A DNA stretch of 64,000 nt from Syntrophaceae bacterium (GCA_009773315.1 WRPE01000007.1:81011-145010), one strand, 5' to 3'. Positions 52,354 through 62,749 are shown, counted from the stretch's first letter. A program made the numbers and translations. Notes: generated from the letters alone by a model not told the origin.

Positions 52354-54192
52354 CTATGGCGTATTGAAAGGGATGGTAATTTTATACACGCCGCCGGATA
52401 GAACGGTCTCTACCGGAAAGGGTGCTTTTTCGTAAACTTTCAACATGGCCCTGTTGTTTTCCAGAACATCGGCCTTGAATCCGGCCATGCCTTCTTCCCG
52501 AGCCGCCCGTATTAAAAGATTGAAAAGATAAGTTGAAATGCCCATGCCCTGATAGTGTTCATCCACAATAAACGCGGTATCGGCAAAGGGATCTCCCTGA
52601 GACCGGACATAGCGGCCCTCGCCGATAATTTTTTCAACGCCGGACTCATCAATAATGGCCACTACAGACATGGTGAAACGGTAATCCACATTAACATATT
52701 CCTGCATCTTTTTATGAGGCATGGTCTTGATCGGGCTGAAATAACGGTAATAAACCGACTGGTCGGAAAACCGATAAAACAGTCGCCGCATCTCTTCTTC
52801 GTCAGACGGCTTGATCGCCCGGAAGCGAATAGTCAGAGAGTCTTTGAAACGATGCGAACAGGCGATTTTATCCGGATAAAGATGGCCGGACTCGGCAAAA
52901 TATATTTGATCAGCATAAATCATCTTCGCCTCTTTGGCTTGCCTGACCAAATCTGTACGATCGTCGGGGTGCGCGATTTCGATGAGCGCCTGCGCCCGCT
53001 CGCGCAAAGTTTTGCCCATTAAATACGCCACGCCGTATTCGGTAACAACAACGTCCATGGATTCACGATTGGTAAACTGGAAGGGATATTTATCCAAAGA
53101 AAGAAGAATGTTGGGTTTTCCCTTGCGATTGCGGCTGGGCAGGGAAAAAATGGTCCGGCCGTTTTTGGACAACGCCGCACCCCAAAAGAGTTCCTGAACG
53201 TTGCCGGGACCGGCGGTCACATTGCCCTTGCCAGTATGCAGCGCGATATCACCGGTCAGATCGACTTTCCGCGCCGGAAAAATGGCAACCATGTTGTCAT
53301 TGAGGCCGATGGTCCGGGGGTCCATTACAATATCCTGTGGCTGAAATTCCACCAGCGCATTTAAATCCAACCAAGCCATCAACTCCTTAGTGCCGATGAC
53401 GTAGGATGCACAGGTCTTGCCGCGAAAGACGCCTTTATAACGGTTAGTAATGGCGCCACTCTTGACCAGTTCCATCAGCGCGTCGGTAAAGAAAGGAGAA
53501 TGAACACCCAGATTCTTTTTTATGGCCAGCGTTTTGGCCAGTGCTTCAAAGAGCGGCCCGATCCCATAGGAAATGCAGCTGCCATCCTGGATGACTGAAG
53601 CGACATTGACAGCGATTTTCAGATAGATTTCCTGCAACGGCCAGCGCTCGACATAATAAGGCGGCTCGGTCGCCTTGACCAGATAGTGGAAGTCATCCAT
53701 GCTTACCAGCGTGTCGCCCATCGTCCGGGGAATCTGGAAATTGATTTCACCGACAACGATTTTAGCCATTTCCATGGCCTGCCTTTCCACGGAAGCGCCT
53801 ACCAGATAAGCATAGCCGTTTTCGTCGGGAGGGGTTACCTGAATAAAAGCCACGTCAATATGAATAGCGCCGGTTTTAAAAAGCCAGGCAACACGCGAGA
53901 AACGACTGGGGATAAGGTCAACCCATCCCTGACTGATGGCGTCGGAGGCAAGCCATCCAGAAAAAAAAGTCTTTAAACGAAACTTCCGGGCATAACGTTC
54001 ATCAATGGCTACCGCATCGCCAAGACTGACCAGTTGGATCAACTCCAAATCCTGCAAGTTAGCTTGATTGGATTCCATCAGGTGCCTGACCAACGTGCGG
54101 GGTTCAGCCATGCCCGTCCCCAGGAAAATACTCATACCCGGATCAATTTTCGCCAAAACTTCCCCGGGTGACACAATTTTCTGCTTCCACAT
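52354..54192 (-). CDS. Fusion protein: acetyl-CoA hydrolase/transferase-family domain plus C-terminal GNAT acetyltransferase
   Basis: The N-terminal 440 aa resemble 4-hydroxybutyrate/acetyl-CoA transferases (KIVSPGEVLAKIDPGMSIFLGTGMAEPRTLV). The C-terminal 170 aa form a GNAT (IRFRAIKPSDEEEMRRLFYRFS..YYRYF, VDEHYQGMGISTYLFNLLI) that resembles the Pat-type GNAT. Confidence 0.75.
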   Translation of the reverse strand: MWKQKIVSPGEVLAKIDPGMSIFLGTGMAEPRTLVRHLMESNQANLQDLELIQLVSLGDAVAIDERYARKFRLKTFFSGWLASDAISQGWVDLIPSRFSRVAWLFKTGAIHIDVAFIQVTPPDENGYAYLVGASVERQAMEMAKIVVGEINFQIPRTMGDTLVSMDDFHYLVKATEPPYYVERWPLQEIYLKIAVNVASVIQDGSCISYGIGPLFEALAKTLAIKKNLGVHSPFFTDALMELVKSGAITNRYKGVFRGKTCASYVIGTKELMAWLDLNALVEFQPQDIVMDPRTIGLNDNMVAIFPARKVDLTGDIALHTGKGNVTAGPGNVQELFWGAALSKNGRTIFSLPSRNRKGKPNILLSLDKYPFQFTNRESMDVVVTEYGVAYLMGKTLRERAQALIEIAHPDDRTDLVRQAKEAKMIYADQIYFAESGHLYPDKIACSHRFKDSLTIRFRAIKPSDEEEMRRLFYRFSDQSVYYRYFSPIKTMPHKKMQEYVNVDYRFTMSVVAIIDESGVEKIIGEGRYVRSQGDPFADTAFIVDEHYQGMGISTYLFNLLIRAAREEGMAGFKADVLENNRAMLKVYEKAPFPVETVLSGGVYKITIPFNTP

Positions 54193-54219
54193 AATTTCCC
54201 GCCCGCTGCTTGAATTGCA

Positions 54220-55413
54220 TCAATCAAACATTTCTTGATCCCGCCTATACCAGTAATCGGGAAAAAGCCGATACATCAATCTGGAAAAAGGTCCGATATA
54301 TTCATTTTTTCTTTTATCAAACTGGCAGGCGTGAAGGATCATGTCTTTAATGGCGTCTTTGTTGCCGCCCTTATTAAAGATATTATAGGCGCAGGAAAAA
54401 AGCGGGCTGTACATGTTTTTCTTTTCCAAATATTTATAAACATTGCGAATGGTATTGGGACCTTCCGGCGTCCCGTCTATTTTGCCGAGCACCTTTAAGT
54501 TGGTTTCAATGGGATTGCCAGTGTAAAGCTCATAGAAATATTTCCCGTAGCGGTAATTTTTACTGGCCATAGAAGAAACGGTGACATACATATCGCCGAC
54601 GCCGGCCTGAGAGTGAAACGCCTGAAAACTGCCGCCTAAAAGACGGGTCAGCGAACGGATTTCCACACCGGAACGGGCAAAGATGGTGCCGGGTATCGAA
54701 TCGCCTAAATCCAGTGAATCCGTCAAACCCTTGATATTGGCCACGATATTTTTTAACGCCCCGCAGGCCTCCACGCCGATTTTGTCAAAATTATAATAGG
54801 CATTGAGTTCCTTGCGGTTAAACATCAGCAGGTGATCCCGAATAATGTTGGCGGTGCGGCGATTCCCCGCAACGGTTAGACAAACCGGTTTACCCGAGGC
54901 GATGTCCACGTCAAAAAACGGTCCGCCGATGCATGCGACCTGATACTTATGCTCCAGATTATATAAATGATTGTGAATGAGCTGCGACGGCGTGATCAAC
55001 TCGGTCGATATTTCGTCGGAAATTAATCCTTTGATAGGCGAAATCAGACAGGTATCGCCCGCCTTTTTATCAATTATCGGCTTGAGATAATTGAGTAATT
55101 CCGGTAAACGATTCATCGTGACGGATAAAATAATGAAATCGTTATTTTCGACGATATGCTCCAGGTCGTTAGTCGCGTAAACTTTCGGCGACAGACGCGG
55201 AACCTGATCCATGCCACCCATCAGTTTAGCCAGATCCTCCGTTAAATGAATGGGATTCAAGTGGTCTCGGTTGATGGCCTTGCAGACGTCCGAGTTATGG
55301 TAATAAATGGCGACGCGCTTGTTGTCGCGTCCCAGCTTATAAGCAAACGAAGTCCCCAGGCGTCCCGGTCCGATGATGGCGACTCTTGTTGTATCTAAAT
55401 TGGAAACGATCAT
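54220..55413 (-). CDS. NAD(P)H-dependent glycerol-3-phosphate dehydrogenase family protein (oversized, GpsA-like)
   Basis: Rossmann VAIIGPGRLGTSFA, SPIKGL, GVEACGALKNIVA, GVGDMYVT. 397 aa, versus about 330-340 for typical GpsA. Confidence 0.7.
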   Translation of the reverse strand: MIVSNLDTTRVAIIGPGRLGTSFAYKLGRDNKRVAIYYHNSDVCKAINRDHLNPIHLTEDLAKLMGGMDQVPRLSPKVYATNDLEHIVENNDFIILSVTMNRLPELLNYLKPIIDKKAGDTCLISPIKGLISDEISTELITPSQLIHNHLYNLEHKYQVACIGGPFFDVDIASGKPVCLTVAGNRRTANIIRDHLLMFNRKELNAYYNFDKIGVEACGALKNIVANIKGLTDSLDLGDSIPGTIFARSGVEIRSLTRLLGGSFQAFHSQAGVGDMYVTVSSMASKNYRYGKYFYELYTGNPIETNLKVLGKIDGTPEGPNTIRNVYKYLEKKNMYSPLFSCAYNIFNKGGNKDAIKDMILHACQFDKRKNEYIGPFSRLMYRLFPDYWYRRDQEMFD

Positions 55414-55615
55414 CTCTATCCGCTCTTTATTGTAATGATGGACTTATTATCTGGAACTCATTGTCCGGATGTCAAACCCTAATAGCCTTTTGGGAAAAAG
55501 TAAAACAAAATTTAACGAAATACGGCTATTTTTAGTTGCATTATCCCGGAGGATTGTTTAGAAATCTGAAACACCGGAAGTAGACAACACACCACTTGAG
55601 GTGAGTAATAATCTT

Positions 55616-56269
55616 ATGGCCGAGGAAACAATTATTCATTATCCAAACGGAGCCGTAAAGGAAAAGAAATATCTGCTGGAAGGGAAGATGGAGGGTGAAT
55701 ACACAACTTATTTTCCCAGCGGCCAGATCATGGCACAGCTTCATTTCAGCCGCGGCAAAAGAAACGGCCCCGCCATCAGCTATTATTCCAACGGACAGGT
55801 TCGGGAAAAAGTAAATTTTATCAATGATAAAATGGACGGCCTCTATCTTTCCTATTCTGAAAACGGTCATGTGCGGGAAGAAGAGCATTACCAAGACGGA
55901 AAATTGCACGGCCCCTACCATCGTTATTATAAAACAGGGGAATTACGGGAAGAAGAAAATTTTCAAAGCGGAAAATTTGAGGGGGAATATTTCTGCTATT
56001 ATAAAAGCGGGAAAATTAAGGAAAAGGGTTTCTTTAAAAACGATAAACGAGAAGGCGACTACATCGCCTACTTCAAAAACGGACAGATCAAAGAGAAAGC
56101 GACTTATAAAAACGGCAATCTGGCGGGCAAGTTTCTGACCTTTAACGAAGACGGCGCCCATATCGATGAAGACAATAGCGAAGACGCCGATTCGGCGCGC
56201 ACCTGGGAGGAAAAGGATGTTGCCAATTTACTGCATGATCTGAGTCATTTTGATAAGAAGCAAAAATGA
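55616..56269 (+). CDS. MORN-variant repeat protein (YwqK-like)
   Basis: Seven or eight tandem units of about 23 aa of the form G.Y..YY.NGQ.KE...F.NGK.EG. Acidic C-terminal tail. The start could instead be GTG 55601. Confidence 0.7.
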   Translation: MAEETIIHYPNGAVKEKKYLLEGKMEGEYTTYFPSGQIMAQLHFSRGKRNGPAISYYSNGQVREKVNFINDKMDGLYLSYSENGHVREEEHYQDGKLHGPYHRYYKTGELREEENFQSGKFEGEYFCYYKSGKIKEKGFFKNDKREGDYIAYFKNGQIKEKATYKNGNLAGKFLTFNEDGAHIDEDNSEDADSARTWEEKDVANLLHDLSHFDKKQK

Positions 56270-56299
56270 TCACCGTCTGAATACGAGGAGATACGCATC

Positions 56300-57139
56300 A
56301 TGAGCAAAACCATACTCATTCCGGTTGATGGATCGGCCAACAGCGCTACCGCTGTCGATTACGGCATCTATATCGCGCCGAAACTAGAGGCAACCCTTAC
56401 GGGACTGCATGTCATCGACGTATATTTGATTCAGGGACCGCTGATGACGGATATTTCCGCCACCGTCGGCATACCGCCCTATGATGGTTTTTTTGAGGCC
56501 GTTGAAACGTCGCTGAAAGAAAAAGCCGACGCCGTCTTGAAGAACTTCGAGGATCGTTGCCGGACGGCGGGTATCTCCTGTCTAACGAAAAAAAATATCG
56601 GTAAAATCAGCGACACCATCATTGAAGAAGCCGAAAACGCTGATTTAGTTTTGATGGCAAAAAAAGGGGAGCATTTTCACTTGAAGGAAGGCGGACTGCT
56701 CGGATCGGTTGCCGAGGCTGTTATTCGCCGTTCGGGAAAACCCGTCATAGTCATTCCGGAGTCCTTCCGTGAGATCGAAAGCATCGGATTGGCTTACGAC
56801 GGCAGTGCCCCCGCCAGAAAAGCATTAGAGTTGTGTCTAAACATCTCCGAAAAATCCAAATGGCCGATCACCGTCCTCATTATCAGCGCGGACGCGCAAA
56901 AAGCAGCGAATTTATCCGCGCAGGTTGAGGAAATGGCTCAAAAAAACCTGGCAGATTGCGAAGTGATCATTTCCGCAGGCCGTGAAGCAGACGAAATTCT
57001 CAAATTCATTGCTGAAGGCGCTGTGGAATTAATGGTCATGGGTGCCTATGGGCATAACCGCCTGCGCCAATGGCTTCTGGGCAGTACAACCTCCCACATC
57101 ATTCACAAAAGCCCCATTCCGGTGCTACTGATACGCTGA
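56300..57139 (+). CDS. Universal stress protein with tandem UspA domains
   Basis: Two Usp halves. The second ends in the ATP-binding-type motif MGAYGHNRLRQWLLGSTTSHIIHKSPIPVLLIR. Confidence 0.85.
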   Translation: MSKTILIPVDGSANSATAVDYGIYIAPKLEATLTGLHVIDVYLIQGPLMTDISATVGIPPYDGFFEAVETSLKEKADAVLKNFEDRCRTAGISCLTKKNIGKISDTIIEEAENADLVLMAKKGEHFHLKEGGLLGSVAEAVIRRSGKPVIVIPESFREIESIGLAYDGSAPARKALELCLNISEKSKWPITVLIISADAQKAANLSAQVEEMAQKNLADCEVIISAGREADEILKFIAEGAVELMVMGAYGHNRLRQWLLGSTTSHIIHKSPIPVLLIR

Positions 57140-57220
57140 AAAAGAACAAACAGCTGGAAGCTACCATGAATCAGGTCACCTCAATCTGTAGGGAACGGTC
57201 TGGTGACCTTGAGTGCAAAA

Positions 57221-57982
57221 TCAAATCTGATGATCCACCAGATTTTTCAGCGTTTCAAGCACGTCATATCGGGTCAGGTCGTATTGAATGGGTGTGATGG
57301 TGACATAACCTGCGGCAAGCGCGCCGATATCCGTTTCGATTTCCTGCGGACCTGCTATTCTTTCTCCCGACATCCAGTAGTAGATATTTTCGCGAGGATC
57401 GACGCGTTTCTCGAAGGATTCGATGATTCGGCTTTTGCCCTGGCGCACTACCGCGATACCGCGAATCTGATCATCCGGAATACACGGCACGTTGACATTG
57501 AACGCGCCACCTGCAAGCGAGGGGTTGGCGGCAAGGAATAAAGCCAGTTTACGGGCTATCCGGGCGGCAAAAGAAAAATCCGACTCCTGATGCGTATCGA
57601 GAGAGATGGCCATGGAGGTAACGCCCATCATCGCCGCTTCCGTCGCAGCGGAGACCGTTCCTGAGTAGATCACATTGTTTCCGCAATTGGCGCCTCGGTT
57701 AATTCCAGACACCACCAGATCCGGCATTTGTCCGACCAGTTCCTTGATGCCGATTTTCACGCAATCCGCCGGCGTACCGCAAACGGCGTAACCCAGAAAA
57801 TTGCCGCCTTTCGTTGCGCTCCGCACCATCAGAGGACGAAAAAGCGTAATCGCATGCCCGACAGCACTCTGTTCAATTTCCGGCGCGACAATAAAACAAT
57901 CAGCCTCCTTCGACAGTTCTTCGTAAAGAGCACTTAAGCCCCGCGCATAAATCCCATCATCGTTGGTCAGCAAAATTCGCAT
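57221..57982 (-). CDS. surE: 5'/3'-nucleotidase SurE
   Basis: MRILLTNDDGI, SGINRGANCGNNVIYSGTVSAATEA. Confidence 0.9.
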   Translation of the reverse strand: MRILLTNDDGIYARGLSALYEELSKEADCFIVAPEIEQSAVGHAITLFRPLMVRSATKGGNFLGYAVCGTPADCVKIGIKELVGQMPDLVVSGINRGANCGNNVIYSGTVSAATEAAMMGVTSMAISLDTHQESDFSFAARIARKLALFLAANPSLAGGAFNVNVPCIPDDQIRGIAVVRQGKSRIIESFEKRVDPRENIYYWMSGERIAGPQEIETDIGALAAGYVTITPIQYDLTRYDVLETLKNLVDHQI

Positions 57983-58046
57983 CTCGTATCCTATAGCTCA
58001 TCGCCTTCAGCCTGTTTCCACTATCCACCATCCACTCTTCCCGCCT

Positions 58047-59387
58047 CTATCTCACCTGCTCAATTTTCCCGTTTTGAACTCTCAAAATAAATGCGTCTTT
58101 TTGGGCCACCCGACTGCCGCCAAAAGAAATACTGCCTGTCGCTCCCCGAAAGCGCCGAACGGCAAGCAATGCTTGAATGAATTCAGCGCGTGTTTTAATT
58201 TGCCGGTCTTCCAGAACACTCAGGACCATTCCCATCGTATCATAAGACAGGGCGTCAATATTGCCGGGCTCCCGGCTATAAGCTGAATAATAAATATCAA
58301 CAAAATCATTGGTCTCCGGCAGAAAGCCATTCACAAAAAAACTGTCGACAAAAATAGCTCCCTCCAGATACTCAACACCTTTCTTCAGTAAATCAGGCGA
58401 ATGCCATAAGCTTGTCCCAAAAAGTTGCACCCCTTTGACGTCATAAAAAGCAAGTTGAGAGGTAATCATCTTCACACGCAAGGCTGAATCCGGAATAAAC
58501 AGGGCTTCAAAATTCAGAGGCAATTTGGCTTTTGCTTCTTGATGCATGGCATAAACCTTTTCTGATGCTCCTGTCTTATGTCCTGTCAGTTTGTTGATCT
58601 GTTCCGTAAAATCCGTTTGCGTCTTGCTGTAAGGAATGGCTTTACCCACCTTGACGCCCGTTTTTTGAGCTTCACTACGGAAGATACGAACCATTTCTTC
58701 TCCATAATCATCTTGCGGATAAAGGATGGAAAAAATCGCGATATTTGATCTATCCAAGGCGTATTTCGTTAAGGCCTCTATTTGCTGAGTCGGCGTCAGA
58801 AAATGCTGAAACACATACTCACCAGCTTCCGTGACACCCTCTTTTGAGGTGATTAAAATCAGCGGCACTTGCCGGTTCTGGGCTTCGCGGGCAGCAATGA
58901 CTGCTTCGACGGTGCCGGAGATAGCGACAATCGCCATCACTTTTGCCCCATCTGCCAAATAGGCAACCGCTTCCTTCATGCCATCCGGAGTTTCACCGGA
59001 GTCGGCGACAATAATTTTCCATGGTGAGGGAATACGCTGATTGAATATCTCCGCCGACAATAGAACCGCATCGAGCGCCTTGCTTCCCGCATCGGCAAAG
59101 CGGCCGGTAAGAGGAAAAACACATCCGATTGCATTACGATTGACTGAACGAGAAGGTGGTAAAACGACCAGCGGTTTTGGTTGTTTGATCTCGGGAGGCT
59201 TGACATCAGGCGGCTTGACCTGAACCGCCGGTAAGGGTTTTTCAACCGCTTTCACTTCCGGCATCGCTGTTTTTTCTGGGGCAATCAAAGGCCCCTTTGC
59301 ACAACCTGTTAAGAAGACAAATAGAAATATAATAGATATTGCAGCCAGCAGGCGATAATTCTTCATTGTGCCTCCTTCAATAGTCAT
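58047..59387 (-). CDS. Type-1 periplasmic-binding-protein-fold lipoprotein (LivK/LpoA-like)
   Basis: Lipobox LTGCAKG. Pro/Lys-rich linker (VKPPDVKPPEIKQPKP). Then a Leu/Ile/Val-binding-protein-like fold (IGCVFPLTGRFADAGSKAL...). Confidence 0.65.
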   Translation of the reverse strand: MTIEGGTMKNYRLLAAISIIFLFVFLTGCAKGPLIAPEKTAMPEVKAVEKPLPAVQVKPPDVKPPEIKQPKPLVVLPPSRSVNRNAIGCVFPLTGRFADAGSKALDAVLLSAEIFNQRIPSPWKIIVADSGETPDGMKEAVAYLADGAKVMAIVAISGTVEAVIAAREAQNRQVPLILITSKEGVTEAGEYVFQHFLTPTQQIEALTKYALDRSNIAIFSILYPQDDYGEEMVRIFRSEAQKTGVKVGKAIPYSKTQTDFTEQINKLTGHKTGASEKVYAMHQEAKAKLPLNFEALFIPDSALRVKMITSQLAFYDVKGVQLFGTSLWHSPDLLKKGVEYLEGAIFVDSFFVNGFLPETNDFVDIYYSAYSREPGNIDALSYDTMGMVLSVLEDRQIKTRAEFIQALLAVRRFRGATGSISFGGSRVAQKDAFILRVQNGKIEQVR

Positions 59388-59428
59388 GAAGAATTGTAGA
59401 ATATTTTTTAGGACAGGTCGATATAAAA

Positions 59429-59459
59429 AGTCCGAAACCGTGAAACACGGTTTCGGACT
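59429..59459 (-). terminator. Intrinsic terminator of dnaK
   Basis: 14-bp perfect stem agtccgaaaccgtg / cacggtttcggact with loop aaa, 16 nt after the dnaK stop. On the minus strand it is followed by cttttta. Confidence 0.75.
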
Positions 59460-59474
59460 TCGGATAGGAATGAT

Positions 59475-61379
59475 TTACTTTTTCACTTCTTCAAAATCCG
59501 CATCCACGACATCATCGTCCTTTTTGCCGGAGGCCTGGCCTTCGCCACCCGCGCCCGGTCCACCGGGACCGCCGGCCGTCTTGGCATACATGGCTTCCGC
59601 CAGTTTATGCGACACCGTCATCAAGTCATCCTGAGCCTTCTTGATCGCTTCGAGATCGTCGCTTTCCAGCGCTTTTTTCACGCTGGCAATGGCTTCTTCA
59701 ATTTTAGTCTTTTCCGCCGCATCGACCTTATCGCCGAATTCCTTGATATTCTTCTCGACGGAATACACCAGAGAATCGGCGTGGTTTCTGGCCTCGATGA
59801 GTTCCTTGCGGCGCTTGTCTTCTTCCGCATGCGTTTCCGCATCGCGGACCAGTTTTTCGATTTCCGCCTCGGAAAGCCCGCTGGAGGCCGTAATCTTAAT
59901 GCTCTGTTCCTTGCCGGTGCCCAGATCTTTGGCGTTGACATGCACGATGCCGTTGGCGTCAATATCAAATGTTACTTCAATCTGCGGAATGCCACGCGGC
60001 GCGGATGGAATGCCCACCAGTTCAAAACGACCCAGCGTTCTGTTGTCTCCGGCCATCTGGCGTTCGCCCTGCAGAACATGAATGCTCACCGCGGGCTGAT
60101 TGTCGGCCGCTGTCGAGAAGATCTGACTTTTCTTGCTGGGAATCGTCGTGTTTTTCTCGATCAGTCTCGTCATGACGCCGCCCAGGGTTTCAATGCCCAG
60201 AGAAAGCGGCGTGACATCCAAAAGCAGAACGTCTTTGACATCGCCTGCCAGAACACCGCCCTGAATGGCTGCACCAACCGCCACGACTTCATCCGGGTTG
60301 ACGCCCCGATTCGGTTCTTTTCCGAAAATCTCTTTTACCTTCTGCTGGACACGCGGCATGCGGGTCATACCACCGACCAGAATGACTTCGTCAATATCTT
60401 TGGCTGACAGATTGGCATCCTTCAGCGCGGTTTGGCAGGGACCAATGACTTTGTCAATCAGCTCTTCCACCAGCTGTTCCAGCTTGGCGCGTGTCAGCTT
60501 CATGTTCATATGCTTGGGCCCCGACGCGTCTGCTGTGACAAACGGCAGGTTGATGTCCGTTTCCATCGTCGTGGAAAGTTCCATCTTTGCCTTTTCCGCC
60601 GCTTCCTTCAGCCGCTGCAGCGCCATCTTGTCGCTGCGCAGGTCAATACCCTGATCCTTCTTGAATTCAGCGACCAGATAATCCATGACGCGCTGGTCGA
60701 AGTCTTCGCCGCCCAGGTGCGTATCGCCGTTGGTCGATTTCACTTCAAAAACGCCTTCGCCCAATTCCAAGATGGAAATATCAAAGGTGCCGCCGCCCAA
60801 ATCGAAAACGGCAATTTTTTCATCTTTCTTTTTATCCAGACCATAGGCCAGCGCCGCAGCGGTCGGTTCATTGATAATACGTAAAACATTCAGGCCGGCA
60901 ATTTTGCCTGCGTCTTTGGTCGCCTGACGCTGTGAGTCATTAAAGTAGGCCGGAACCGTAATAACGGCATCCGTTACTTTTTCTCCCAGATAGTCTTCCG
61001 CGGTCTGTTTCATCTTCGTCAGAATTATCGCAGAAATTTCCGCCGGAGAATAATTTTTCCCTCGCACGGTCACTTGCGCGTCGCCATTCCCCGCTTCAGT
61101 GATCTTGTAAGCAGAGATTTTCACATCGTACTGAATTTCCTTGGAGCTGTATTTTCTGCCGATCATTCTTTTGACGGCGTAAACGGTATTTTCCGAATTG
61201 GTAATTGCCTGTCTTTTGGCCACCTGGCCCACCAGCCGCTCACCGCTTTCTGTAATGGCGACAATTGAAGGCGTGGTGCGGTTGCCTTCCTGATTGGCAA
61301 TAACAACCGGGTCGCCCCCTTCCATGATCGCCACACACGAATTGGTCGTTCCTAAATCTATACCGATAGTCTTTCCCAT
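59475..61379 (-). CDS. dnaK: Molecular chaperone DnaK (Hsp70)
   Basis: [36 protein letters not shown]-terminal ..[11 protein letters not shown]. Confidence 0.98.
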   Translation of the reverse strand: MGKTIGIDLGTTNSCVAIMEGGDPVVIANQEGNRTTPSIVAITESGERLVGQVAKRQAITNSENTVYAVKRMIGRKYSSKEIQYDVKISAYKITEAGNGDAQVTVRGKNYSPAEISAIILTKMKQTAEDYLGEKVTDAVITVPAYFNDSQRQATKDAGKIAGLNVLRIINEPTAAALAYGLDKKKDEKIAVFDLGGGTFDISILELGEGVFEVKSTNGDTHLGGEDFDQRVMDYLVAEFKKDQGIDLRSDKMALQRLKEAAEKAKMELSTTMETDINLPFVTADASGPKHMNMKLTRAKLEQLVEELIDKVIGPCQTALKDANLSAKDIDEVILVGGMTRMPRVQQKVKEIFGKEPNRGVNPDEVVAVGAAIQGGVLAGDVKDVLLLDVTPLSLGIETLGGVMTRLIEKNTTIPSKKSQIFSTAADNQPAVSIHVLQGERQMAGDNRTLGRFELVGIPSAPRGIPQIEVTFDIDANGIVHVNAKDLGTGKEQSIKITASSGLSEAEIEKLVRDAETHAEEDKRRKELIEARNHADSLVYSVEKNIKEFGDKVDAAEKTKIEEAIASVKKALESDDLEAIKKAQDDLMTVSHKLAEAMYAKTAGGPGGPGAGGEGQASGKKDDDVVDADFEEVKK

Positions 61380-61390
61380 TTTATTCCTCC

Positions 61391-62002
61391 TTATTCTCCC
61401 TTTGTATCATTGATTGCACATCCATTGTTTTCTGTAGTCTTTTTGCATACACAGACCCTCGATGGCCGAATCAGTCTGCCGTTGAGCAAATAGCCTTTTT
61501 CCATTTCACTGACGACTTGGTTGTTCTGATGATCCGCGCTGTCCATTTGCATCAGAGCCTCGTGAAAGTTGGGATCAAAATCCAAACCGGCACTTTCTAT
61601 TCTCTCCACGCCATGTTTTTTCAGGCAGCCGAGCAGCTGATCCTGAATCAGCGTAATCCCCGACTTAAAAGCCTGCGCGTCATTGCTGTCCGCATGTGTC
61701 AGCGCACGATCCAAGCTGTCCAGAAAAGGTAAAATGTCCTTAACCAAATCCTCTTTACCGTATTTAAGAATATCGGCTTTATCCCGCGCCGCCCGCTTTT
61801 TATAATTATCCAATTCCGCAACAGTTCGTAAATAGCGGTCGTAATTCTCTTTGGCTTCTTTTTCTTTCGCTTCGAGCGCTTCTTTTAAATTTTCAGTTTC
61901 GGTGTCAGCCGCTTCTTCCACGACATCAACCAGTTCCGAAGTATCCACCTTTATTTTTTTATCGATATGGTCTTTTTTCGTCTTCACTCCCGCCTCTGCC
62001 AT
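61391..62002 (-). CDS. grpE: Nucleotide exchange factor GrpE
   Basis: [36 protein letters not shown]. Confidence 0.9.
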   Translation of the reverse strand: MAEAGVKTKKDHIDKKIKVDTSELVDVVEEAADTETENLKEALEAKEKEAKENYDRYLRTVAELDNYKKRAARDKADILKYGKEDLVKDILPFLDSLDRALTHADSNDAQAFKSGITLIQDQLLGCLKKHGVERIESAGLDFDPNFHEALMQMDSADHQNNQVVSEMEKGYLLNGRLIRPSRVCVCKKTTENNGCAINDTKGE

Positions 62003-62005
62003 TTT

Positions 62006-62590
62006 TTATTTTAAATCCGGTTTCTGGAATAATTTAATATCCACCAGTTCGCAAATCGCATGACCGGCCGTAATATGTGTTTCCTGAATCCGCGCCGTGC
62101 TGCTGGATGATACATTCAGTGATAAATCAGCTATCTGGGCAATAGCGCCGCCGTCCTTGCCGGTAAAAGCCAGCGTTACCAGACCCATCTTCTTGGCCAA
62201 CTCGAGGCCTTTGAGCACATTGGGCGAATTACCGCTGGTGCTGATCCCCCAAGCGACATCACCTTCTTGCCCCAGTGCCCGGATCTGCTTGGAAAATATT
62301 TCCGAAAAATCGTAATCGTTACCTATAGAGGTAATAACGGACGTGTCCGTTGTCAATGCAATAGCCGGTAGCGGCGGCCTTTCGATAATAAAGCGGTTAA
62401 CAAATTCCGCGGCGATGTGCTGCGCGTCCGCGGCGGAACCGCCATTGCCGAAAATCATGATTTTATTGCCGGCTTTGAGAGCTGCTGTCAGAATCTCAAT
62501 GACGTTCACCAGCTTGCTGAGATTATCATTGATAAAAGCCTCCTTGACGCGGCAGCTTTCCTTGAATAATTTGACAACGTGATCTTTCAT
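62006..62590 (-). CDS. gmhA: D-sedoheptulose-7-phosphate isomerase (SIS domain; GmhA/DiaA family)
   Basis: GNGGSAADAQHIAAEF, ALTTDTSVITSIGNDY, ISTSGNSPNV, TARIQETH. Its stop lies 3 nt before the grpE ATG. Confidence 0.85.
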   Translation of the reverse strand: MKDHVVKLFKESCRVKEAFINDNLSKLVNVIEILTAALKAGNKIMIFGNGGSAADAQHIAAEFVNRFIIERPPLPAIALTTDTSVITSIGNDYDFSEIFSKQIRALGQEGDVAWGISTSGNSPNVLKGLELAKKMGLVTLAFTGKDGGAIAQIADLSLNVSSSSTARIQETHITAGHAICELVDIKLFQKPDLK

Positions 62591-62639
62591 AATGATTTAT
62601 CCTTAGTTCCTTTTAAAAACCGCTGCTTAAGGCGCGCAT

Positions 62640-62668
62640 AATATAAGAACGGGGATGTAGAGTGTCAA
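62640..62668 (-). promoter_or_regulatory. Near-consensus sigma70-type promoter for gmhA-grpE-dnaK
   Basis: Minus strand: TTGACA (62668-62663), 17-nt spacer, TATATT (62645-62640). About 50 nt upstream of the gmhA ATG. Confidence 0.45.
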
Positions 62669-62749
62669 GGGCGGCGGACCAATTTTGCCCCCTTATCCCT
62701 TACACTATCGCATACCATAAGCAAGGCATGGACTCGGGCGCTACCCCTC

